A stretch of 63,791 nucleotides of DNA, counting the filler, from Corallochytrium limacisporum Hawaii (Eukaryota; Protista; Pluriformea): the NCBI GenBank assembly GCA_002811645.1. It is 4 parts of 4 records of this genome, joined end to end, with 100 filler letters (N's around TTAATTAATTAA, not from the genome) between each part and the next. Parts side by side here need not be neighbours in the genome. Positions count along the whole stretch, not along the records: positions 1 to 18,316 come from PDIP01000065.1; positions 18,417 to 44,810 come from PDIP01000129.1; 2 more parts are not named here. One strand, given 5' to 3'. The notes under the pieces are model-generated. The model was not told the DNA's origin and searched no databases. It was given only the letters and a program-made list of their open reading frames with translations. Position 1 is the first letter of the stretch; the number at the start of each line of letters is the position of its first letter. The position numbers and the translations under genes were made by a program. This document shows, piece after piece, positions 10,577 to 20,726 of this stretch.

Positions 10577-13444
10577 ATGGCTGACGCTAATGTGGAGGAG
10601 CAGAGACGGCGTCACCGCGAGAAGCGGAAACAGATGCTGCAGTCCTTTTATGGACTTGACCACGTTCAAAACAAAGGAACTGGAGGAAACCAGCGAACTC
10701 GGTCTTCCGACACGGCAATAGGAGGGCAAGGGATAATGCCTTCGGTACCTCACCGGATATCACCGGAGATTGGCCATATGTCATCCCGTCAGACCTTGAA
10801 GAGAGAACCCAGCAAAGCATTTGACGACATCGACGGACCCAACTTTGACCCCGATGCTTACTTGACCAAGATCCTGAACGAGAAGCCACTGAGTTGGATT
10901 GTCAGTTGCAGCTCAAAGAACAATCGGGAGGTGAAGGAGCTCGATGCAGATATGCAGAATTTAGTGTACGAGAACTACAATCGCTTCATCACAGCCACAG
11001 ACAAGATACATCAAATGAAGGACCGAGTAGGGTCCATGGGAGACGAGTTAGAGTCCGTGCAGGGGAAAATGAATAGCATCGAACAGTACGACTACCTTAT
11101 CAGTGGGCCCGTAATTCAGCAGCGGGAAGAGGTTGCAGAACTGGCTAAAACACATTCATTGCTAACGAAGATGCAGTTCCTGTTTGATTTGCCGGAGAAG
11201 TTGAAGTTGGCCGTGGAGATGAACAGCTATCGCACCGCCGTGGACTACTATGTGAAGGCATCTGTGATCCTGAAACGGTATAAACACTTGCCGAGTTTCC
11301 GTGGCATTGCCACGGACAGTGAATCTATCATCCGGGATCTGCGCCACGAATTGTGGCGACAATTAGACGATCCGACGTTACCATTCCTGAAAGCAGCAAG
11401 TATCATTGAAATGTTGGTGGAACTGCAGGATGATGTCAGTCGTCTATGTGACAAATTCTTCGAGAACTGCCGACAGCGGGTGGCCATGGATCTGAAGGAA
11501 CACGAGGAACAGGAGACAAAGGGAGCAATGACACGCGATGTGAGTGCATCGAATTCAGATCTGGCCGCCGCCAACGGCGAAACAAGTACCAACGCTAATG
11601 GTGATAAGAGCTCTGCCACTCAAAAGGTGAGACAGAGTACAGTCGGTGAACCAACACGTCAGATTATTGTGGTCGAAGATGATGAGGAAGACGACGACAC
11701 AGACGATGATGACGAGCCGCAGGCCGGCCAACTGACAAAGACATCCAGCACATCTGGACTGGATCGTATGGGACGCAAGCTAAAACGATCACAGGGAATC
11801 CATCTGCAGAACCCGTTCTTCAAGATCATGAACGATGTCACTGTTTTCTTCCAGCGAATTTTCCTCGAGAAGGAGACAAACCGGCTGATGGAGCGAGACA
11901 AGCGACTGGCCGTGGCGGAACTGAATAAGTTCGTGACTGTTCAATTCTACGACTACACCAAGCGTTTGACAGGTACGCTGAAGAGCAGCGCTGCAAACAC
12001 AGCCACCAATAGCCATGGTACAAACTCCACAAGCATGCAGCATGTTCATGCAGTCTTTGCGGAGCTGGACGAGTTCTATGTCAATGCAATGCAGTTGCAC
12101 CGTCGCCTCCAGCAGACCAAGAACAAAACGGTGAAGCTGGCAACAGAGAAGGTCGTCTATGAGGTGGTGGAATCCCAGGCGTCCCTGTTCCAGAAGCATC
12201 TAATCACTTCGTTCATTAATGGGTTGGACAAGTCTTACGAGGAGTACTTAACATATGCAGAGCACTTCCGTAAAAAAATGCAGGGCATCGTGGATGGGGA
12301 GGAAGCTGAAGAAGAGACTGAGCAGAACGAAGATGAAGTTATGCACGATGGGAGCGAAACTGTGGGCACAGAAGTGGAGGATGACGATGATGACGATCAG
12401 GAAACGAAAGCAGCGAGGAAAAATACCAAGCCGGCAAAGAAATCTCTGCGCTACGATGACTTGGATGACCTCATCGACCAAACAATTCAAGTCTTCATTA
12501 CCAACTTTGAAGAGACTCTGGAAGGCCTCGCCGAAGTGCGCAAACGTGAATACAATTTCGCAAAAATGGAAGGCTTCCGGAACCGGTTCACCACCGAAAC
12601 GGTGCGCCGTCGCGTCTTCCTTGCTTTTCTGAAGGACATTGTCGACTGTCTGCGGAGTTACTGTGACAGAGCCTACGGCCCTCTGCGCAGTAAACCGAAA
12701 CTTTTCTTATTGTCGTCGAAGATGGGCCTAAATTTGGCTAACCACGGGTTGAACAGTATGGTGCGCATATTAGACACAGATTTCCCAGCCCCCAAGGGGT
12801 CCGGCAGTGACCTAAGCGTTATCAAGGAGACCCGCAAGGACCTCAAGGACGTGGCGCGCTCTCTTATTACCATATACACGCGAGTGGAAGGCATCGGCAT
12901 CAGCGATATTCTCCGACGCCAGGTGACTTCCCGGAGTTTCCACTGTGTGGGCGATACAAGCGGCAAAGATGGAAAAGGGCCGTCCGCTGCGGTGCAGAGA
13001 ACCATCGAAGAGCTGCAGGAGCTATACATCGAAGCGAACAATGTTTACGAGGCGGAGGGTGACCGTACTGCAGGGCGCTACGGTGGCCCTGGACGTAGCC
13101 AAGGCCATGCTACAGAGAAGAGCAATCGGTACAACTATGTTGATTCGAAACTTTTGAGCTCCATGCACGACATTTTCGCGGAACAGATTGTCATCTACGA
13201 AAAGATCGACTTCACTAGCACGGCTATTGTGCGTGGGGCAGTGAAGATTGTACTCAAGTGCCTTAGTGAGAGCATACGCACGGTGTACTACGATGCTGTA
13301 GCCTACCGCGTGCTCAAGAGGGACCTTGAGTACATCACGGAGGGACTGTCGGAGGCTGTCAATGACGAAGGAGTGATGAAATCGCTCGCTCAAGAATGTC
13401 TTGAGTCGTGTGCCAGCCGATGCATCGAGCCCGTGGAAGAGTGA
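10577..13444 (+). CDS. VPS51: GARP/EARP complex subunit Vps51 (Ang2/fat-free)
   Basis: 'DIDGPNFDPDAYL...LDADMQNLVYENYNRFITATDKIHQMK' and 'LLTKMQFLFDLPEKL' are the Vps51 N-terminal hallmark; C-terminal 'VKIVLKCLSESIRT...SCASRCIEP'. Confidence 0.92.
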   Translation: MADANVEEQRRRHREKRKQMLQSFYGLDHVQNKGTGGNQRTRSSDTAIGGQGIMPSVPHRISPEIGHMSSRQTLKREPSKAFDDIDGPNFDPDAYLTKILNEKPLSWIVSCSSKNNREVKELDADMQNLVYENYNRFITATDKIHQMKDRVGSMGDELESVQGKMNSIEQYDYLISGPVIQQREEVAELAKTHSLLTKMQFLFDLPEKLKLAVEMNSYRTAVDYYVKASVILKRYKHLPSFRGIATDSESIIRDLRHELWRQLDDPTLPFLKAASIIEMLVELQDDVSRLCDKFFENCRQRVAMDLKEHEEQETKGAMTRDVSASNSDLAAANGETSTNANGDKSSATQKVRQSTVGEPTRQIIVVEDDEEDDDTDDDDEPQAGQLTKTSSTSGLDRMGRKLKRSQGIHLQNPFFKIMNDVTVFFQRIFLEKETNRLMERDKRLAVAELNKFVTVQFYDYTKRLTGTLKSSAANTATNSHGTNSTSMQHVHAVFAELDEFYVNAMQLHRRLQQTKNKTVKLATEKVVYEVVESQASLFQKHLITSFINGLDKSYEEYLTYAEHFRKKMQGIVDGEEAEEETEQNEDEVMHDGSETVGTEVEDDDDDDQETKAARKNTKPAKKSLRYDDLDDLIDQTIQVFITNFEETLEGLAEVRKREYNFAKMEGFRNRFTTETVRRRVFLAFLKDIVDCLRSYCDRAYGPLRSKPKLFLLSSKMGLNLANHGLNSMVRILDTDFPAPKGSGSDLSVIKETRKDLKDVARSLITIYTRVEGIGISDILRRQVTSRSFHCVGDTSGKDGKGPSAAVQRTIEELQELYIEANNVYEAEGDRTAGRYGGPGRSQGHATEKSNRYNYVDSKLLSSMHDIFAEQIVIYEKIDFTSTAIVRGAVKIVLKCLSESIRTVYYDAVAYRVLKRDLEYITEGLSEAVNDEGVMKSLAQECLESCASRCIEPVEE

Positions 13445-13557
13445 TTGATTGCGTCAAGTTGTACAGTAAACTGCTAAATTGCTGATTGGTTTGTAGGTCT
13501 TCTAGGTTAGTGGTGTTTATTACGGGAGATGGGGATGGCGATGGTTTATGGAAAGAT

Positions 13558-15129
13558 CTATGCAGCCTTTGGCTTGTCATTGTACTCAAAGTTGAAATGG
13601 TCTGCCGTGACGCCCTCGAGAGACTCGAGGTAGTATTGGAAGGTGTGGTTGGGGTACAGCGCATACGGAAAGCCTTTAGAGTTAAGGTACCAGCTCTTGC
13701 AATCGTTCCACACCTTGCCCTTGAACTGCCCTCCAATCTTGTTCATCCATTGCTCCACAACCTCGTCCTTGACATCGACCTCGGACGCTCCCAGCTTCTC
13801 GGTGCAGCTCATTACCTCAAGAGCCCAATTGACCTGACATTCTATCATATAGATGATGGAATTGTGACCGAGGCCGGTATTGGGACCAAGGATACCAAAA
13901 GTATTTGGGAATCCATGGATCATGATACCCAAGAATGTATGCGGTTCTTCACCGACCATTGTCTCCAGATCGCGTCCGCCTTTGCCCTTGACCTCGGTCT
14001 GTATAGTAGCCATGAGGTTGAATCCAGTAGCGTAGATGATTACGTCAAATTCATGATGCGTACCATCCGCTGTGGTGATGCCGGTTGGCTTGAACTCAGT
14101 CATAGCATCGGTGACCAAGTCGACGTTATCTTGGTTCAGCGTTCGGTAAAAGTCGTTGCTCATCAAAAGCCGCTTACAGCCGGGCGGGTAGTCAGGCCTG
14201 AGCTGCTTCTGCATCTCCTTGCTACGCACGTTGTCAGTAAGGGAGTGCACGAATTCTTTGCGGACCAGTGGAGCGAACATACTGCCCTTTACCCAGATAA
14301 TACGAAAGAGCATCTCGTTGAATAGGTACGAACCAAGCCTGTAGAGTGACAAAAATCCAGGTAGATAACGGAAGAGGAACCGTTCCACGGATGTGTACTG
14401 TCGCTCCGGCCTGACAGTGATCCACTGCGGGGTGCGCTGGAAGACAGTCAGATGCTGCACTTGCTTCGCTATGATCGGCACGAACTGAATGGCCGATGCG
14501 GCGTTGCCAATCACGGCAACACGCTTGTTGGTCAGGTCAACATCATGGTTCCATCGTGCAGAATGGAAGGTTGGGCCTGCGAAAGTTTCACGGCCTGGCA
14601 CCTCGGGGTAGGCCGGTTCGTCCAGTCCACCAGTTGCACGCACAGCGTACTTTCCGACGTAATTCGAGCCGTCTGCACAATGTATGGTCCATCGGCACGT
14701 GTCGTCATCATAGTGGGCGCCGACTACGGTCTTATTAAAGCGCATGTAAGGGAGAATTCCATACTTTTCCGCACAGTGCTGCTGGTACTCAAGGATTTCC
14801 TTTTGACGGGCAAATGTTTCGGTCCAGTCTGCTTTTTGTTCAAAGGAGTACGAATACAACACGGAGGGCACATCGCACTGGCATCCCGGATATGTGTTCT
14901 TGTACCATGTACCACCAAGCCCGGATTCCTTCTCCAAGATAATAAAGGGCACACCCCGCTGCTTTAGCTTAATCGCCATACACATGCCGCTGAAGCCGGC
15001 ACCAACGATGACCACGAGACCGTCCATTTCCCCGTCCCTCATGGGTCCGTCTCTGCACTTCTCGCCAGCGTTAGTGAGGTGCTTCTCACTAACGCCGCCG
15101 AAGATCATTCGCCACAGCGCATAGAACAT
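13558..15129 (-). CDS. Type I Baeyer-Villiger monooxygenase (FAD/NADPH flavoprotein), copy 1
   Basis: GAGFSG FAD motif; GGTWYKNTYPGCQCDVPS; BVMO fingerprint FAGPTFHSARW; second Rossmann VIGNAASAIQ; GCKR; IYATGF. Confidence 0.93.
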   Translation of the reverse strand: MFYALWRMIFGGVSEKHLTNAGEKCRDGPMRDGEMDGLVVIVGAGFSGMCMAIKLKQRGVPFIILEKESGLGGTWYKNTYPGCQCDVPSVLYSYSFEQKADWTETFARQKEILEYQQHCAEKYGILPYMRFNKTVVGAHYDDDTCRWTIHCADGSNYVGKYAVRATGGLDEPAYPEVPGRETFAGPTFHSARWNHDVDLTNKRVAVIGNAASAIQFVPIIAKQVQHLTVFQRTPQWITVRPERQYTSVERFLFRYLPGFLSLYRLGSYLFNEMLFRIIWVKGSMFAPLVRKEFVHSLTDNVRSKEMQKQLRPDYPPGCKRLLMSNDFYRTLNQDNVDLVTDAMTEFKPTGITTADGTHHEFDVIIYATGFNLMATIQTEVKGKGGRDLETMVGEEPHTFLGIMIHGFPNTFGILGPNTGLGHNSIIYMIECQVNWALEVMSCTEKLGASEVDVKDEVVEQWMNKIGGQFKGKVWNDCKSWYLNSKGFPYALYPNHTFQYYLESLEGVTADHFNFEYNDKPKAA

Positions 15130-16430
15130 GGCCGATAGTGGGAGGCTTTATTTCCAAGCCTTGTTCTTTTCTATTGTAGATACACTTGTAGAGAACTTTC
15201 CGCCCCTACGTGGAAACAGCTTACAAAACTGAAACATCATATCCAGATCCACTAGTCTACTTCTAGCTTTCCATGATCAAGTTGCGTCCTTATGCGCACT
15301 GAGTCACACGGGCTCCCCAACACTCAGGTAGTGAATCCTTATCCCAATGCCACCGCCACATGCTGAAACTCACGTTCGCTACGGCATGCTCTGTAGAGAC
15401 CCGAACGGCGAATTCTTACCACCGGTCGATCCCACTACGTGCTAAATTTTCTCAAGCTAAGGGTGTGTGTGAGTGTATCGAAGCGTACTCACTGCCCGTT
15501 CGAAGCGTACTCACAGCCCAAGCCCGGCGATTTGACGAGTGGCACACGCGTACCCACCACGAATTAGCACCGCCGAAGGGACGGGGCTTGCCGGGATGAC
15601 CGTTCCCTAATTGGCTTTTCTCGCTGCCAGTGCCCGTTTGAGTCATTCTAGCGTTGTGTATGGGACTCTACGTTTTCCCCTGGGTTCTTGGGCTCTTTTG
15701 CGAACGGAGGACGACACCTGCGCTTGTTACACGTCCTCAGCGCGGGTGGCGACGGGAAAGTGTTGTCAGTCCCCCCCCCCCTCCCCCTGCGGCTTCGCCA
15801 TTCGTTGGTACCGAAAGTATGGAAGAGGCGGGAGGAAGAGGGGAGGAAGGAGGAGGTGCACGGCGAGGAAGGGCAGAGAACACGCGAGAGAGTGAGAGAG
15901 AGAGACACGGACGGATCGCGGGGTGGTTGTGGGAAAAGCCTCTCCAGAAAGCGGGGAAGAGGGGGGGGGGCGGCAGGACGACGAAGCGGGGGCAGTGGGG
16001 TGGTTGGACGCTGGAAAGTAGGTATGTTCAGTACTGCGTATGAAATTCTTACCATTCTCAGCCACCGGACTTGCCCGGGAAGGCAACGAAGAGCCGGGTT
16101 GCTGGAGGGGGGGGGCAATAAATCCGTAATTGGCGAGGACGGAAGGGGACAAAAGGGAGGCGGCACCGAAAGGATAAGCGGATTGGAAGGGTCCACTGGG
16201 TTGACCATCGATCGCAGAACGATGCCACAGCATTAGGTGGACGATGTTGATCTTCGAATCAGTAGTACAGGAATCCATGGGATGACCTTAGTCATTCAAA
16301 ATGCCATAGTCATCATATCAATTGATGCGACTGCGATGGTCAGAAGTTTGGAAGCCTCCATACACACCTATCATGTATACAATGAGATGGTAATTGCGTA
16401 GATGTTTGTCAAGAAAGTATATATTGCTAG

Positions 16431-17993
16431 TTAGAGTACAGTACGGCGCACGTTGTAGTCCTGCAGACCGCTTCTGAGGGTGTCGAAGTAGTAGTTATAC
16501 GTATGGGAAGGATATAGAGCGTAGATAGTGCCTGTGGCACTGCGGTACCAGCTCTCGCAAGTGGTCCATACCTTGTTGCCGAACTGGCTACCAACACTGG
16601 TCATCCAGTTCTCCACACTTTCTGGCTTAGCATCAATCTCATCCGCTCCTACAGCTTCCGCTTCCTTCAGCAGCTGCATGACGTAGTTGATCTGACACTC
16701 GATCATATAGATAATGGAATTATGACCCAGACCGGTGTTGGGACCGAGCAAGGAGAAGACATTCGGGAACCCGTTAAATGAAACACCGAGCAGAGACCGG
16801 GGGTTGTCACCCACCATTTCACCAAGGTCTTTGCCCCCCTTACCAACGGTACGGACGGTCTCGGCAAAGGACAGCAGGTTGAAACCAGTTGCGTAAATGA
16901 TCACATCAAACTGACGTTCTTCGCCAGTCACAGTCTTGATTCCATGCGGAGTAGCGGCAACAATCTTGTCGGCCACCACATCAACGTGCGGTTGGTTTAG
17001 TACCTCGTAGTAATCGTTCGAGAGCAGAAGGCGCTTGCATCCAGGATCGTAGGATGGGGTCAGCGCCTTAGTTAGCTCTGGCTTTTCTTTCATTGCGCCT
17101 TTGATACGCCTCTGCAGCTGTTTCTTAATCCAGCCGTTGAACCAAGTGCCCTTGAACCAGATCAACCGAAAGCGGACCTCCAGAAGGAAATATGTCAGCA
17201 TGCGATCAACATATTGGTAGCCAGGGACGTAGTTGCATAAAAACTTCTCAAAGGAACTGTACTCACGGTCTTCACGGGGCGCAATCCAGTGACTGGACCG
17301 CTGGAAGACAGTCATGGACTTGACCTGGTCGACAATCTCGGGCATGAATTGAATGGCCGACGCAGCATTGCCAATGACAGCCACACGCTTGTCAGTGAGA
17401 TCTACACTGTGGTCCCACTCAGCGCTGTGGAACTGTTCGCCCTTAAACGACTCACGGTCGGCCATGTCTGGGTAGCGTGGTGTATCCAGGCCCCCGGTGG
17501 CACGCACAAAGTACTTGCCAGTGTATTTGGAGCCATCGGCACACTCGACAGTCCACAGGCACCTGTCCTCATTCCAGACCGCACTTGTCATTTCCTTGTT
17601 GAAGAGCATCTTGTCTGTGATGTTGTACTTCTTCGCACATCTGCGCATGTACGCAAGGATCTCACGCTGAGTAGCATACTTGCGCCTCCAATTCGGATTG
17701 GGTTCAAAAGAGTATGAATACATCACCGAAGGCACATCGCATTGGCACCCCGGGTAAGTGTTCTTGTACCATGTACCACCGAAGTCGTCTTCTTTCTCGA
17801 GAACAACGAAGGGCACTCCTTGTTCTTGCAGTTTAATGGCCATACCTAATCCAGAGAAACCACTGCCCACAATGATCACCATGGCGTCAATATCATTTTC
17901 GATCTCCATGCGAACTTTCCATTTGGAACCTGCCTCCTGCAGTGCGGTTGCGCTGGTTCCAAACCCAGCCATTTTGGAGAGTGTCTTCAGCAT
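16431..17993 (-). CDS. Type I Baeyer-Villiger monooxygenase, copy 2 (tandem paralogue)
   Basis: GSGFSG; GGTWYKNTYPGCQCDVPS; FKGEQFHSAEW; VIGNAASAIQ; shares GPNTGLGHNSIIYMIECQ with copy 1. Confidence 0.93.
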   Translation of the reverse strand: MLKTLSKMAGFGTSATALQEAGSKWKVRMEIENDIDAMVIIVGSGFSGLGMAIKLQEQGVPFVVLEKEDDFGGTWYKNTYPGCQCDVPSVMYSYSFEPNPNWRRKYATQREILAYMRRCAKKYNITDKMLFNKEMTSAVWNEDRCLWTVECADGSKYTGKYFVRATGGLDTPRYPDMADRESFKGEQFHSAEWDHSVDLTDKRVAVIGNAASAIQFMPEIVDQVKSMTVFQRSSHWIAPREDREYSSFEKFLCNYVPGYQYVDRMLTYFLLEVRFRLIWFKGTWFNGWIKKQLQRRIKGAMKEKPELTKALTPSYDPGCKRLLLSNDYYEVLNQPHVDVVADKIVAATPHGIKTVTGEERQFDVIIYATGFNLLSFAETVRTVGKGGKDLGEMVGDNPRSLLGVSFNGFPNVFSLLGPNTGLGHNSIIYMIECQINYVMQLLKEAEAVGADEIDAKPESVENWMTSVGSQFGNKVWTTCESWYRSATGTIYALYPSHTYNYYFDTLRSGLQDYNVRRTVL

Positions 17994-18316
17994 CTTTGCT
18001 TTCTGCTTTGATTCCTAAAACTTTTTCTCACTTTATCGTTTACAGCATAACCCGGAACAAAGAGACTGCTCTTAACTAGCTGATGTAATGGTAATTGCAG
18101 ATGCTGGGTGACCTTTTCCCCCGGGTCGCCCCGCCAAGGCTTCAGACGTGCGCAGAGCCTTAAGTACCCGAGCCTGCCTTCCATTCCCCCCCTTCTCCCG
18201 CTCCCCCTCCCCCAAATTTTCTGCTTCCCTGACTATGGAAAATGTGTACCACCCTCTGTCTGGGAATATTGTATCAAATCTACTCTTTTTGATTTAGCTC
18301 TGCCGTCGCTTGGGAG

Positions 18317-18416
18317 NNNNNNNNNNNNNNNNNNNNNNNNNNNNNNNNNNNNNNNNNNNNTTAATTAATTAANNNNNNNNNNNNNNNNNNNNNNNNNNNN
18401 NNNNNNNNNNNNNNNN
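18317..18416. other. Artificial 100-bp scaffold linker N44-TTAATTAATTAA-N44
   Basis: The identical construct occurs three times; the palindromic core has stop codons in all six frames. Confidence 0.95.
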
Positions 18417-18517
18417 CCCCCCGGGGCCCCCCGGGGGGGGGGGGGGGGGAAGGTGGGAGTCTCTGACCTCGACCAATGCCCCGAGGCTCAGTGCAGATCG
18501 GTCAATACCATCATGAC

Positions 18518-20323
18518 CTAGAAGGGTACAATTCCATTGCCAGTGCGCCCAAAGTATCCTTTGCGACAATGGTCCATGTTGCTGCCTTCCATTACTCCCG
18601 GCACATCTTGGATGCGCTCTAGCCACTTGCTGATGTGGGGATAGGTGGCAATAAGAGGCCCGTTAAGCAGCATGCGGAGATAGTACACTTCGTCCATGCG
18701 GAAGATTGTGGGAAACAGACGGACATCTGCTTCAGTCAGAGCGCTGCCGCACAGCCAGTGGCGACCATCAGACAGTTGATCTTCGATCGTGGCGATGGCA
18801 CGGTAAAAATCGCGAAAGCCTTTCTCGTACACCTCGTTGCTCGCACTGAAGCCAGTGCGGTAGGCCCCGTTGTTGATATAAGTATAGATATACGTATTCC
18901 AGCTGTCAATTTCAGCTTGCAGTTCAATGGGGTACAAATCTAGCTCCTTGCCCAGGCCAGCAGTCTTGAATTGTGTCTCCATCATGCGCAAAATCTCAGA
19001 GCTTTCGTTCGAAACAATCTTCTTCAACTTCTTGTCAAAGAGTATAGGCACACTTCTTTCTGTTGATCCCTCCATCTGGTAGATTTCAGGAATGTACTGC
19101 TTGCCATTGACTGTGTCTGGAGTACATACACGATCTTTGTCGGGTCTAAATTGCCACCATCCCCTGTCTTCGCTTCTTCGGTACCAGAGGACATCCATTG
19201 TGATATCTTTCTCCAGACCCATAATGGTGCGACCAACGGCTGCCCGATGGCACCATGGGCAGTTATAGGCGATGTACAGATGGTACCGTCCAGATTCAGG
19301 CGGGAACTCCTCAGAACCGATCCAATTGCGATGGGCGCTGTCCTTGCGAGTGAATTCGTTGACCTTTCCTTTCCCCTGCACATCCTTGGTATCGGCACCG
19401 GCGGTGTGTGTTGCGATAGACCACGGCTCCTTGATGAAGCGCAGTCGTCCATGGGGCCTCATGAAATCCGAAACCGCACCTGCAGGAGTTAGTCGCCGAG
19501 GATTCTGACTGAAACTGTTGCAATAGTGGGTCTCGAGGATACTGTCCCAGTTCAAACCCGCTCCACCTAGCATAGTTGTGATGTCGTACGCGAAGTCCTT
19601 TGCATTTTGGTACTGCTTCAACCGTGTTCTGCTCAGTTTGTAGATCATGGCATAGACCGAGTCTAGCCGGACAAGGATGGCGTACAGAAGCATATCATTG
19701 ACTGATAGAATGTCATTGTGTCCGATGAATCGCTGTTCCCCGAGTACTTTTTCAGTATGATCAAGTTGCAAGCAAACACTAGCTCGATTTTGCTCGTAAT
19801 TCTTCTGGTTGTCGGGAAACCCCATATCAAGGATGCTCCGATACAAGATCAAGGATGACTCGTCACCCAACTTTGACTCTGGGTCGAAGAGTTCAAGGAA
19901 GTCACCATCCTTTTTGCGGCCATAGGATGAGATAGTATCCACAATGTCCTGGAATTTTCCGACTGCAACCCCGGTGCTGGGTTTGAATAGACAAGGGACC
20001 GGTGGGAGCTCAGCAGGATCACCTTTAAATTCTCGATGGACATCTACAGTCACAATGCGATCAATATCTTCACGACTCTTGATGGTGGCTCCTTGCCATT
20101 GAATAGGAAGCTCAAGGTTAAATCCGTTATTTTCGACAAATCTGAGTTCCACCGGAGAGTCTTGAACTGCATGAATTACTGGACCGCTTCCGCGCAAGCC
20201 AGTCGCTGCATTATCACCTTTAGAAAATTCAACCCATCCGAGAGAGCGCAGGTGCAACAAGACTGCATGTGAGAGTGCATCCCCGGCCCGGGATACGACA
20301 AGAAGATCTGGAGAGCCTGGCAT
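18518..20323 (-). CDS. Glutathionyl-hydroquinone reductase (Xi-class GST, YqjG/Ecm4 family) with an additional degenerate N-terminal copy of the same domain
   Basis: C-terminal half: FPPESGRYHLYIAYNCPWCHR, SVPILFDKKLKKIVSNESSEI, INNGAYRTGF, TEADVRLFPTIFRMDEVY, GIVP. N-terminal half retains 'NDMLLYAILVRLDSVY...HYCNSFSQNPRRLTPAG' but no CPW motif. Confidence 0.88.
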   Translation of the reverse strand: MPGSPDLLVVSRAGDALSHAVLLHLRSLGWVEFSKGDNAATGLRGSGPVIHAVQDSPVELRFVENNGFNLELPIQWQGATIKSREDIDRIVTVDVHREFKGDPAELPPVPCLFKPSTGVAVGKFQDIVDTISSYGRKKDGDFLELFDPESKLGDESSLILYRSILDMGFPDNQKNYEQNRASVCLQLDHTEKVLGEQRFIGHNDILSVNDMLLYAILVRLDSVYAMIYKLSRTRLKQYQNAKDFAYDITTMLGGAGLNWDSILETHYCNSFSQNPRRLTPAGAVSDFMRPHGRLRFIKEPWSIATHTAGADTKDVQGKGKVNEFTRKDSAHRNWIGSEEFPPESGRYHLYIAYNCPWCHRAAVGRTIMGLEKDITMDVLWYRRSEDRGWWQFRPDKDRVCTPDTVNGKQYIPEIYQMEGSTERSVPILFDKKLKKIVSNESSEILRMMETQFKTAGLGKELDLYPIELQAEIDSWNTYIYTYINNGAYRTGFSASNEVYEKGFRDFYRAIATIEDQLSDGRHWLCGSALTEADVRLFPTIFRMDEVYYLRMLLNGPLIATYPHISKWLERIQDVPGVMEGSNMDHCRKGYFGRTGNGIVPF

Positions 20324-20726
20324 TAGTTTTCAAGTGATTCATAGCTATTGGGACAAACTTCTTACCATGCGCTCATCACGTCAACCTGACAACGTTGTGT
20401 ACCTTGCGCTTCATGGCTTTGCATGTCTCAGTCATGCGAGTACCCCCCCCCAGTGAGCAGCGTCAATCTGCGGGGAGGTTGGAATGTCTCTTTGGTGGTC
20501 TGTTACGTCATTGTTTCAGTAGGAGGGCAATATCCCCCCTACCACTTAAGCTTGCGAAGGGGAGGGCGCGAACAATTTAAGAAAGAAACCGTAAGTGTAG
20601 GTTCTGGTCTAGTCAATGGTACTTCAGACCGATAATTGTGTGGAAGACGGCAGAATTCTACACTTGACATGCTGCAGTCAAGTCAAGGTCGAATGATCGG
20701 TCAATTCCTATACATAGTTGCCTGCA

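Noticed and set aside
13486-14325. 279-aa plus-strand ORF, and similar ones such as 7336..8202 and 55875..56507
   Set aside because: Antisense shadows of well-supported genes, mostly with non-ATG starts.
18361-18372. TTAATTAATTAA palindrome recurring at 18361, 44855 and 58094
   Set aside because: Always centred in exactly 44+44 Ns, so it is a synthetic six-frame-stop linker and not biology.
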